This document shows, piece by piece, positions 1 to 7,935 of a stretch of DNA of 43,359 bases. Under the pieces are notes generated by a model, which searched no databases, was not told where the DNA came from, and was given only the letters and a program-made list of their open reading frames with translations. The stretch is taken from positions 1 to 43,359 of the forward strand of contig CAZMJP010000002.1 of the NCBI GenBank assembly GCA_964566895.1, read 5' to 3'. A program made the position numbers and the translations under genes. Source of the DNA: an uncultured Gammaproteobacteria bacterium (lineage in GTDB: Bacteria; Patescibacteriota; Patescibacteriia; UBA2591; UBA6264). How positions within the stretch are numbered: the stretch's first letter is position 1; the number at the start of each line of letters is the position of its first letter.

Positions 1-33
1 AGCGCGCGCACTCGGCCTCTATGCGACCTCTCC
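1..33 (-). tRNA. 5' part of a tRNA gene truncated by the window edge; identity not determinable because the anticodon lies off-window
   Basis: The minus strand reads GGAGAGG-TC-GCAT-AGAGGCCGA-GTGC-G-CGCGC-T. This gives a 7-nt acceptor strand, U8, a D-arm with A14, R15, G18G19 and A21, and then the start of the anticodon stem. Confidence 0.55.
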
Positions 34-147
34 TTGATTTATTTTTTAAAACCTCATTTTTATAGCGCTTTTCCCGCCTTTGGTAGAACCCCGCCGTAGG
101 CAGGGGCAACTACTGGAATTATAGTAAAAAACCAAATAAAAGCAAAT

Positions 148-180
148 AAAAAAGGGGGTGAAAACACCCCCCCTTTTTAA
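148..180. terminator. Bidirectional intrinsic terminator hairpin
   Basis: Stem GGGGGTG / loop AAAA / CACCCCC at 154-171. It is flanked by an A-run upstream and a T-run downstream, so there is a U-tract on either strand. It lies downstream of ppsA on the minus strand. Confidence 0.6.
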
Positions 181-340
181 ATAAAGAATGGCAATCCGCA
201 GATAAAAATCTGCGGGGGTTTTCCCTGCTCAAACAGGATGCTAACAGGGAAAAACCCTTTTTTTGGTTTGAGAATAAGAATCCACTGTGTCATTTTAATT
301 CTCCTTTGTTCAATATCCGAATAAAAGAATACCAAAAATA

Positions 341-2818
341 TTAAGTTCTGTCAAGACGTTTTTCGGTTTTTAAAATATCCAAAGTGGTCTTGATGACCGT
401 ATCCGGATTTAGGGAAATGGAATCAATCCTCTGTTCCACCAAAAACTGGGCGAATTCGGGAAAATCGCTCGGCGCCTGACCGCAAATACCCACTTTTTTC
501 TTATATTTATGAGCTGTCTCAATTATCTGGCGGATCAGCCGCTTGACCGCTTCATTTCTCTCATCAAAGAGATGAGCCAATAATCCTGAATCTCGGTCGA
601 GCCCCAGGGTTAATTGGGTTAAATCATTGGAACCAATTGAAAAACCGTCAAAAATCCGGGCAAACTGATCGCCTAAAACTACATTTGAAGGAATTTCACA
701 CATTACATAAACCTGAAGAGGCTTAATCCCCTTCTTTGGCCAGCGCAATTTTTGTCGGTCAATAATCTCTAAAACCCTTTCTCCTTCAGCCACTGTCCGA
801 CAAAAAGGCACCATTACAATAACGTTGTCAAAGCCCATTTGTTCCCGGACTTTTTTAATCGCCCGGCATTCCAATTCAAATGACTCGGCAAACCCGGGCC
901 CATAATACCGACTGGCACCGCGCCAGCCAATCATCGGATTTTCTTCTTTAGGCTCAAATTGCCGACCGCCGATTAAATTGGCATACTCACTGCTCTTAAA
1001 ATCGGAAAATCTGACAATCACCTCTTTGGGGTAAAAAGCCGCGGCGATCTGACCAATACCCTCAGCTAATTTATCAACGTAAAATTGAGACCTGTTTTTA
1101 TAGCCGGCGGTGATACAATTAATCTGTCTTTTCACCTTTTTGTCTTTTAGTCGCGAATAGTAAATAAGAGCCTGAGGGTGAATCTTAATATAATTATTAA
1201 TAATAAATTCCTCCCGCGCTAAACCAACGCCATCATTAGGGATAAAGGAAAAAGCAAACACCTGTTCCGGCCCCCCGACATTCATCATTATCTTGGTCCG
1301 AGGACGTTTAATTTTCTTCAACTGCGTTTTTTTAATCTTGTAGGATAATAATCCTTTATAAACATATCCCGTTTCCCCTTCAGCGCAGCAAACGGTTATT
1401 TTCTGACCTGATTTCACTGTTCTGGTGGCGTTGCCTGTGCCAACCACGCAGGGAATGCCTAATTCTCGGGCGACAATCGCCGCGTGACAGGTTTTCCCGC
1501 CAGAGTTGGTGACAATAGCCGAAGCTTGCCTCATTATCGGCACCCAATCCGGGTCTGTCATCTCAGTAACTAAAATTTGCCCTGACTTAAACTTTCTGAT
1601 ATTTTTTACATTTTCAATAACATTAGCTATCCCGCTACCAATTTTTGAACCGATGGCGACTCCGGAAATAAGGGGCTCAAATCTTGTTTTAAAATGCTTT
1701 GCCAATCTCGGATGACCTAAAACCCGTTTATTCTCTTTTTCCAATAAAATATACTCCTCTAAAACATCTAATTTTTTTCTCGACTGGACGGTCTCCGGCC
1801 TGGCTTGTAAAATGTATAACTTACTATCCCGGCCGTCTTTAGCCCATTCTATATCCATTGGCCGGCGGTAATATTTTTCAATAACCACCGAGTAGCGAGC
1901 TAATTCTAAAATCTCATTGTCCGACAAAGTAAATTTATTCCGCTCTTTCAGTTTAGTCCTGATATTCGCCGTTGGCTTTTGTCCTTTTAAGCTATAAATC
2001 ATTTTCCATTCTTTACCTCCGAGTTTTCTGCTGACAATCGGACTAAAACCTTTGTTCAACAAAGGTTCATAAACCATAAACTCATCAGGACTAACTTTAC
2101 CTTGAACAATGTTTTCGCCTAATCCCCAAGCCGAATTGATAACTGTAACATCGGCAAAACCGGATTCTGTGTCACAGGAAAACATTACTCCCGAACAAGC
2201 CAAATCCGAACGAATCATCTTTTGCACCCCCACGGAAAGAGCCACTTTTAAATGGTTAAATCCTTTTTCCTCCCTATAAACAATCGCCCGGTCGGTAAAA
2301 AGTGAAGCCAGACATTTTTTAATCGTTATTAAAACCCTTTTTTCGCCTCTAATATTAAGATACGATTCCATTTGCCCGGCGAAAGAAGCGGTCGGTATAT
2401 CTTCGGCTGTCGCCGAAGAACGGACAGCCACATCTATCTCCGCAGACCCATACTGTTTTGATAATTTCCGGTAAGCCTGAACAATTGACTGTTCCAAATC
2501 TTCGGGCAAGGGGGCGTTAAAAATCAAACCCCTAATCTGACGAGCCCGGCGGGATAAATCTTTAATGTCTTTGGTATTTAAATTCTTTAAAATCCCTTCA
2601 ATCTTCCGCCCTAAATTATTTCCTTTTATAAAATACCAATAAGCGTCAGAGTTCACAGCAAAACCATTAGGGATCCTGATATTTTTTTCTGATAATTTAG
2701 AATACATTTCTCCGAGGGAGGCGTTTTTGCCGCCAACTATAGGAACGTCCCTAATGGTAATATCTTTGAACCATAAGATAAAACGTCTGTTCATCGCTTT
2801 GGAAATTTTTGTGGCCAT
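341..2818 (-). CDS. ppsA: Phosphoenolpyruvate synthase (pyruvate, water dikinase)
   Basis: 825 aa with an N-terminal nucleotide-binding region (VGGKNASLGEM). The phosphohistidine swivel motif GGKTCHAAIVARELGIPCVVG is present, as is the C-terminal PEP-utilising domain (IGSNDLTQL). Confidence 0.93.
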   Translation of the reverse strand: MATKISKAMNRRFILWFKDITIRDVPIVGGKNASLGEMYSKLSEKNIRIPNGFAVNSDAYWYFIKGNNLGRKIEGILKNLNTKDIKDLSRRARQIRGLIFNAPLPEDLEQSIVQAYRKLSKQYGSAEIDVAVRSSATAEDIPTASFAGQMESYLNIRGEKRVLITIKKCLASLFTDRAIVYREEKGFNHLKVALSVGVQKMIRSDLACSGVMFSCDTESGFADVTVINSAWGLGENIVQGKVSPDEFMVYEPLLNKGFSPIVSRKLGGKEWKMIYSLKGQKPTANIRTKLKERNKFTLSDNEILELARYSVVIEKYYRRPMDIEWAKDGRDSKLYILQARPETVQSRKKLDVLEEYILLEKENKRVLGHPRLAKHFKTRFEPLISGVAIGSKIGSGIANVIENVKNIRKFKSGQILVTEMTDPDWVPIMRQASAIVTNSGGKTCHAAIVARELGIPCVVGTGNATRTVKSGQKITVCCAEGETGYVYKGLLSYKIKKTQLKKIKRPRTKIMMNVGGPEQVFAFSFIPNDGVGLAREEFIINNYIKIHPQALIYYSRLKDKKVKRQINCITAGYKNRSQFYVDKLAEGIGQIAAAFYPKEVIVRFSDFKSSEYANLIGGRQFEPKEENPMIGWRGASRYYGPGFAESFELECRAIKKVREQMGFDNVIVMVPFCRTVAEGERVLEIIDRQKLRWPKKGIKPLQVYVMCEIPSNVVLGDQFARIFDGFSIGSNDLTQLTLGLDRDSGLLAHLFDERNEAVKRLIRQIIETAHKYKKKVGICGQAPSDFPEFAQFLVEQRIDSISLNPDTVIKTTLDILKTEKRLDRT

Positions 2819-2972
2819 ATTAATTTTATAAAACCACTTAGTTTATCTAAAAACCGTTTTTCTAAATAAAACGCAGGAGGTTATTCTGTTTAGAATTTGG
2901 GAAACCATAATCTGAAGATTGTTTTGAATCTCGAGTTTCCAAACGAAATCGCATTTGATCTGACTAAAACAA

Positions 2973-3338
2973 TTAAAATTGAAATTTGACTTTATCAACA
3001 AATCTGGATAGGACCGGCGCTCGCCAATACCTTCCAGCTAAACTCTTAATCAAGCCAACCAACGACAAAATCAGACAAATTATCCAGCCCAAGAAACCCG
3101 CCACCCAACCAATAAAAGGAATAATCCAAACCAAAGTAAAAATAATTTCGCCGATGAACAACAATAACCCCTGTTTGGCGTGAAAACGCACATAATCACT
3201 TTTAACATGCAAAATAACCGGCAATAAAGACAGAACCCCCAAATAAGAAACTCCGGACAATAACCTGTCGATAATCCCCGCCCTTTTACCAGCCTCGACT
3301 ACCGAGGCAATTTTTTGAGTAATATCTTCGTTGTCCAT
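2973..3338 (-). CDS. Small integral membrane protein (DUF4870-like, tentative)
   Basis: 121 aa with two or three hydrophobic helices. The HAKQGLLLF motif precedes the helices, as in DUF4870-type proteins. ATG start. Confidence 0.5.
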   Translation of the reverse strand: MDNEDITQKIASVVEAGKRAGIIDRLLSGVSYLGVLSLLPVILHVKSDYVRFHAKQGLLLFIGEIIFTLVWIIPFIGWVAGFLGWIICLILSLVGLIKSLAGRYWRAPVLSRFVDKVKFQF

Positions 3339-3412
3339 ATTGATTCATTTTTTAACATTTTAATATCTTAGTCTTCATTATAGCAAAATCGCTTGATTTA
3401 ACAATATATCTT

Positions 3413-5074
3413 CTAAACAACAATAACCAACGGTCTTTTCCCGATTTTATTTAAAAGAAAATCGCTTAAGCTATTCTCTATTTTAGGTCTGGCGCTTTCT
3501 CTCAATCCAAACTTCTTGATTAATTTTTTGACCTTATTCTTTATTTTTAGAGCCGTTTGTTGATCAATCACCAGCCCCTTTGAAATAATCTGAATCTCCC
3601 GTTGGCTTTTTCTGGTTAATGATATAGAAATAAGACAAACTCCCGCCTCAGCCATTTTCTCCCGGATTTCAAGTATCCGTTTTTGCAAAACCGTGGCTCT
3701 TCCGCCCTCGACTGCCATAGACAGACCAACTACCTTTTTGGGCAGTATTCTTGCCTCAATTCGCCCCCTACCCAGTTTGCCGGACGAAGAATTAATCTCT
3801 AAAATCTGACCATTATGGAGCATAAAACAATTCTCTCTCTTTATCCCGACAGCCTTAGCTAATTCTATGTGCTGGACTCGCATATAAGGTTCGCCCTCAA
3901 TAGGAATAAAAAGCTTTGGTCTAACTAACCTTAGTATCTCTTTTAAATCTTCTTGAAAAGCATGGCCAGAGCTGTGAACACCCGCTCCCAAAACGGGTTG
4001 ATAAATTATTTTAGCCCCGCAGTCTACAATTCCATTCATCACCTTATGAATAGCCAACTCATTCCCCGGGATAGCCGAAGAAGAAAAGACTATCGTATCT
4101 GACTTTTTTATTTTTATCAGTCGATGCTCATTTTGGGCTATTCTAACCATAGACGACCCCTCCACCCCTTGGGATCCGCCGGCCAAGATGAGAAGTTTTC
4201 TATCAGGATATTTGCTATTATTTTCCAAATCAATAAAAAGTTTAGGGGGAACGGTCAAATAATCAAGGTCCTGAGCAATAGCAACGCTCTTTTTAATGGA
4301 AAGACCGGCAATGGCTATTTTACGATCGTATTTTTGACAAACCTGAATTACCTGTTGAATCCGGCTAATTAGAGTAGAAAAAGTGGTAAAAATGACTCTC
4401 GCTTTAGCCCGACGAATAATTGAATCAATTACCTTGCCAACCTCCTTCTCCGAAACAACCCGACCGGCTTTTTCAGCATTAGTGCTGTCTGAAAGACAAG
4501 CCAATACCCCTTGTTTACTAAAATCTATCAATCTTTGTTTTTTTATCGGTTTCTGGTCCGCCGGATTGCTGTCAAATTTGAAATCCCCTGTATGAATAAT
4601 TATACCTAAGGGTGTTTTAATGGCTAAACCAACGCTGTCAGGGATATTATGAACCACCTGAAAGGGATTAATTTTAAAAAGACCTAAATTAAAAGGCTGG
4701 TCAGGACTAATAACTTGCGTTTTTATTTTGAGCAATCCAACTTCTTTCAATCGGTCTTGAACTAAACCAATAGTTAATCTCGTGCCGTAAATTATTGGAT
4801 TGCCGAGTTTCTCAACCAAATAAGGAATAGCTCCGATATGATCAAGATGACCATGGGTTAAGACAATGCCGCGGAGACGATTCTTATTTTTTTCCAAATA
4901 ACTAACGTCAGGTAAAAGGTAATCTACGCCGGGAAAATCCGGCCCCGGGAAATCAAAGCCCAAATCAACCGCAATAATATCCCCTCCCTGCCCGCCGTCA
5001 GGCAGACACTCAAAAACAGTGCAATTTTTCCCCACCTCATCCATCCCGCCAAGCGGGATAATACGTAATTTCAT
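3413..5074 (-). CDS. rnj: Ribonuclease J
   Basis: 553 aa with the metallo-beta-lactamase motif LTHGHLDHIG. The beta-CASP layout and C-terminal domain are typical of RNase J, as is the N-terminus MKLRIIPLGG. Confidence 0.9.
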   Translation of the reverse strand: MKLRIIPLGGMDEVGKNCTVFECLPDGGQGGDIIAVDLGFDFPGPDFPGVDYLLPDVSYLEKNKNRLRGIVLTHGHLDHIGAIPYLVEKLGNPIIYGTRLTIGLVQDRLKEVGLLKIKTQVISPDQPFNLGLFKINPFQVVHNIPDSVGLAIKTPLGIIIHTGDFKFDSNPADQKPIKKQRLIDFSKQGVLACLSDSTNAEKAGRVVSEKEVGKVIDSIIRRAKARVIFTTFSTLISRIQQVIQVCQKYDRKIAIAGLSIKKSVAIAQDLDYLTVPPKLFIDLENNSKYPDRKLLILAGGSQGVEGSSMVRIAQNEHRLIKIKKSDTIVFSSSAIPGNELAIHKVMNGIVDCGAKIIYQPVLGAGVHSSGHAFQEDLKEILRLVRPKLFIPIEGEPYMRVQHIELAKAVGIKRENCFMLHNGQILEINSSSGKLGRGRIEARILPKKVVGLSMAVEGGRATVLQKRILEIREKMAEAGVCLISISLTRKSQREIQIISKGLVIDQQTALKIKNKVKKLIKKFGLRESARPKIENSLSDFLLNKIGKRPLVIVV

Positions 5075-5080
5075 ATGTTT

Positions 5081-5356
5081 TTATTTTACTGGATATAACG
5101 ACGATTTCTGGCGGATAATTTTATAAGCATTCTCAATAAAATCGCCGCCGGCATAACCAATAATCAGAGAAAAGGTCGCATCCTGATTAAATGTCGCCGC
5201 GGCAACCATCCCAATAATGCCGGATAAAAATGCCATCGCAAAGAAGTAGGGCAGGCTAAAACCGACGTTTTTATAAGAAAACTGGTGTTTAATAAATCCA
5301 ACCAGACCTCTGATTACCCCGCCGCAAAAGCCAGCTATTAAAATTGTCCATGTCAT
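5081..5356 (-). CDS. Small hydrophobic membrane protein, unknown function
   Basis: 91 aa with three predicted transmembrane helices and an ATG start. It sits 6 nt upstream of rnj in the same orientation. Confidence 0.45.
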   Translation of the reverse strand: MTWTILIAGFCGGVIRGLVGFIKHQFSYKNVGFSLPYFFAMAFLSGIIGMVAAATFNQDATFSLIIGYAGGDFIENAYKIIRQKSSLYPVK

Positions 5357-5378
5357 AGCGCCTCATTTAGTTTTTATT

Positions 5379-6200
5379 TTATTTTTTTCTTAATTCAATT
5401 AGAGTTATTTCCGGGGGGCAGTTAAATCTTATCGGTAAAAGACTAGTCCCAACTCCCCGATTAACATAAAGATTCGCTTCTTTTACTTTAAATAATCCCC
5501 GAGCATATCGGCCGTGATATTTAGTCATATCCCAATATGCCCGAAGATAAGGCAATTTTACTTGTCCGCCATGGGTGTGGCCGCAAAGAATCAAGTCCAC
5601 ATCTCCCGGTTTAATATCTTCAATTATTTCCGGCGAATGAGCCAAGAGTACCTTAATGAAAGAACTTTCAACCCCCTGCCTCGCCTTTTCAAAATCCTGA
5701 TGCTTTGTCCACGACGGGTCATCGACACCGACAATATAGATGAATTCGCCAGCCCTTTGCAATTTTCTATTTTCATTAACCAAAACGGAAATTTTATCTT
5801 CCTCCAACGTTCTTTTAAAAATATGAACATTAACCTTCTTATTTTGATGAATGTGGTTTCCAAACACGGCAAAAATCCTGTCGACGTATCTCTGCCCGAG
5901 AGCGTGCCAAAAGGGTCGGCAGGGTTCTATCTTCCTGGCCTTGTAATCAATAATGTCTCCGGTAATGAAAACGTAGTCTGGTTTTAGTTTATCAAGAAAA
6001 TCCAGGACTATTCTTTCTTTTCGACCGAACTTTTTAGAATGAATGTCGCTGATTTGAACGATTTTTATGTTTTCAAACGACGAAGGTAAATTTCTCAAGC
6101 TGATTTTTACTTTTTCAATCTTAAAATTATAAGGTTCAAAAACAAAACAATACCAAAGTAAAAAAATAAAAAGACAAGAAATAAAAAACAAAAAATACAT
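5379..6200 (-). CDS. Membrane-anchored metallophosphoesterase (calcineurin-like, YkuE-type)
   Basis: Motifs SDIH, GDIID, GNH and CGHTHGG follow an N-terminal transmembrane helix. Start is placed at the ATG at 6200; the ORF track's start at 6218 is a TTG. Confidence 0.8.
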   Translation of the reverse strand: MYFLFFISCLFIFLLWYCFVFEPYNFKIEKVKISLRNLPSSFENIKIVQISDIHSKKFGRKERIVLDFLDKLKPDYVFITGDIIDYKARKIEPCRPFWHALGQRYVDRIFAVFGNHIHQNKKVNVHIFKRTLEEDKISVLVNENRKLQRAGEFIYIVGVDDPSWTKHQDFEKARQGVESSFIKVLLAHSPEIIEDIKPGDVDLILCGHTHGGQVKLPYLRAYWDMTKYHGRYARGLFKVKEANLYVNRGVGTSLLPIRFNCPPEITLIELRKK

Positions 6201-6240
6201 ATAAAAACAACGCTTCAATAAAAAACCGAATGAAGCGAGA

Positions 6241-6816
6241 TTAACTTCTCCTCACCCTCAGGTCATAAATAACCTCTTCGGCTTTCTTAAGATTGCGTTT
6301 AGCTTCGTCAAATTTGTGGCGCAAATAACCGGTTAAATCAATTTGAATTAATCCGGAAATAATATCGGCAATTAACTCTTTTAAACCCTCGGCTTGTCTG
6401 AACTTTCCGCCTGTGGCTAAGAGAACGATTTTCCTGTTTATTTCCCCGGTTAAATCACAAAGAGCGGCCAGATAATCGTCAAAACTTACTTTAATTTTAG
6501 AAAACTGCCCTACTTCGCCGGACCTCAGAACTTGATAAAATAATTTTGCCTCCAAATACTCTTCCAGACTCGCTTTATAAGCTCCGCTATATTTCAAATC
6601 GGGCGCCTTGGAAAAACGCGGGCTGATTTTTATTAAAATGTCTTCTGCTTCTTTTAATCTCTTCCCCGCCTCAAAAATCTGATCTCGATGAAGACAAAAA
6701 ACAGCCTGCTTGGCTTTATGGAGGACGATATTCGATTGACCAATAATCAAACGCCTTGAAAAATCAAAATTCTGATTTGCCTTTTTTAATTTTTGAAAAA
6801 ATTTTTTATTTACCAT
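6241..6816 (-). CDS. Translin-family protein
   Basis: All-helical protein of about 191 aa from the ATG at 6816. The segments AYKASLEEYLEA and DDYLAALCDLTGEI resemble the translin/TRAX fold signature. Confidence 0.55.
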   Translation of the reverse strand: MVNKKFFQKLKKANQNFDFSRRLIIGQSNIVLHKAKQAVFCLHRDQIFEAGKRLKEAEDILIKISPRFSKAPDLKYSGAYKASLEEYLEAKLFYQVLRSGEVGQFSKIKVSFDDYLAALCDLTGEINRKIVLLATGGKFRQAEGLKELIADIISGLIQIDLTGYLRHKFDEAKRNLKKAEEVIYDLRVRRS

Positions 6817-6870
6817 ATAAAAACCCTTCTTCCATATCCATAAGCAATGGCGTTCTCTGGCCGACAAAAA

Positions 6871-7386
6871 TTATTCGGAGAAATCATCATAGCAAACCAC
6901 CTCCGACAAATTTTTCCTTATTTTAGGTCCTGGCCGGTCAGCTGGAAAACCAAGCGGAAGTAAGGCTACCACTTTATACTTCTCAGGGATATTTAAAACA
7001 TCTCTGACTTGATTTTGATCAAAAGCGCCAATCCAACAAGTCCCCAGACCCTCGGCTACCGCCGCCAAAATCATATGACTAACGGCAATAGCCAAATTAA
7101 CAGCACAGGCTGAAATACCGCAGCTCATAACATAATCGGGCTCTAACCCGACGGCGACAATAACTATCGGGGCTTGCCCAACAAAATCTTGATGGTGAGC
7201 CGCTCGGGCTAATTTTCTCTTTTTATCTTCATTTTGAACAACCACAAACTTCCACGGCTGTTTATTGTGGCCCGAGGGAGCTAAACGTCCAGCTGACAAA
7301 ATATTCTCTAAACTTTGTTTAGGCACCGGCTCCAGCTTGTAGTCCCGAACACTATATCTATTTTTAATCGCTCGATATATATCCAT
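6871..7386 (-). CDS. Nitroreductase family protein
   Basis: MDIYRAIKNRYSVRDY N-terminus, PSGHNKQPW motif and a C-terminal GxP region. Start is taken at the ATG at 7386; the track start at 7422 is a TTG. Confidence 0.85.
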   Translation of the reverse strand: MDIYRAIKNRYSVRDYKLEPVPKQSLENILSAGRLAPSGHNKQPWKFVVVQNEDKKRKLARAAHHQDFVGQAPIVIVAVGLEPDYVMSCGISACAVNLAIAVSHMILAAVAEGLGTCWIGAFDQNQVRDVLNIPEKYKVVALLPLGFPADRPGPKIRKNLSEVVCYDDFSE

Positions 7387-7457
7387 CCGACTATATTTTA
7401 ACACAATCTTTAAATTTGACAATAATAAAAAATCTTTAACAAAATAATCACCTCATT

Positions 7458-7865
7458 TCAAGAGGTGATCTTCGGCTCCTGACCATAAAATGGTTGAACT
7501 ATCCTCTTCTCTCTAAACTTTAATAATTTAGCCAAACCCCTATTCATCAATATTTTATTGTCCTCGCTTGGCCGCAAATTAACTCCGACAACCGGAATCC
7601 TTAACAGCCAAGCCAAAGTATTAGCCACGGACAAAGCGATTCTAATGCCGGCAAAAGAACCCGGGCCATTAACCACAACAATCCCCTTAATGGCTTTCCA
7701 AGACTTCCTGTTTCCTTTTAAAAGCCTATCTATGCCTTTTAAGATATTTTCACTTTGATTATTTTGTTTTGGCGAATCAATCCAAACTAAATTCTTGTCA
7801 TTTCTACTTTTGAACAAAGATGAAAATACTTTATTGCCGGACAAATTATTGATGAATAAAAACAT
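7458..7865 (-). CDS. tsaB: tRNA t6A biosynthesis protein TsaB, short form
   Basis: The GPGSFAGIRIALSVANTLAW motif is characteristic of TsaB/YeaZ. The protein is only 135 aa, so only the N-terminal half of the usual protein is present. Confidence 0.65.
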   Translation of the reverse strand: MFLFINNLSGNKVFSSLFKSRNDKNLVWIDSPKQNNQSENILKGIDRLLKGNRKSWKAIKGIVVVNGPGSFAGIRIALSVANTLAWLLRIPVVGVNLRPSEDNKILMNRGLAKLLKFREKRIVQPFYGQEPKITS

Positions 7866-7935
7866 ATATTTTGTTTACACTCTTATTGATTTGTATTATA
7901 ATATAATTGCCCTAATTTATCAATCATACAATTCT

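Noticed and set aside
1506-1715. Small antisense ORFs inside conserved genes, including 1506-1715, 2986-3183, 4124-4595, 5514-5987, 11376-11672, 12131-12620, 13393-14010, 21824-22051, 24459-24668, 34538-34783, 35416-36220, 37377-37730 and 39385-39807
   Set aside because: Each overlaps a well-supported gene on the other strand or in another frame. They lack start signals and have compositions typical of shadow ORFs.
7795-7935. Upstream extension of the 724-aa plus-strand ORF overlapping the tsaB start
   Set aside because: The extension would overlap tsaB by 71 nt on the opposite strand and encodes an AT-rich, low-complexity peptide. An ATG at 7936 follows an AT-rich promoter-like stretch, so the shorter form is preferred.
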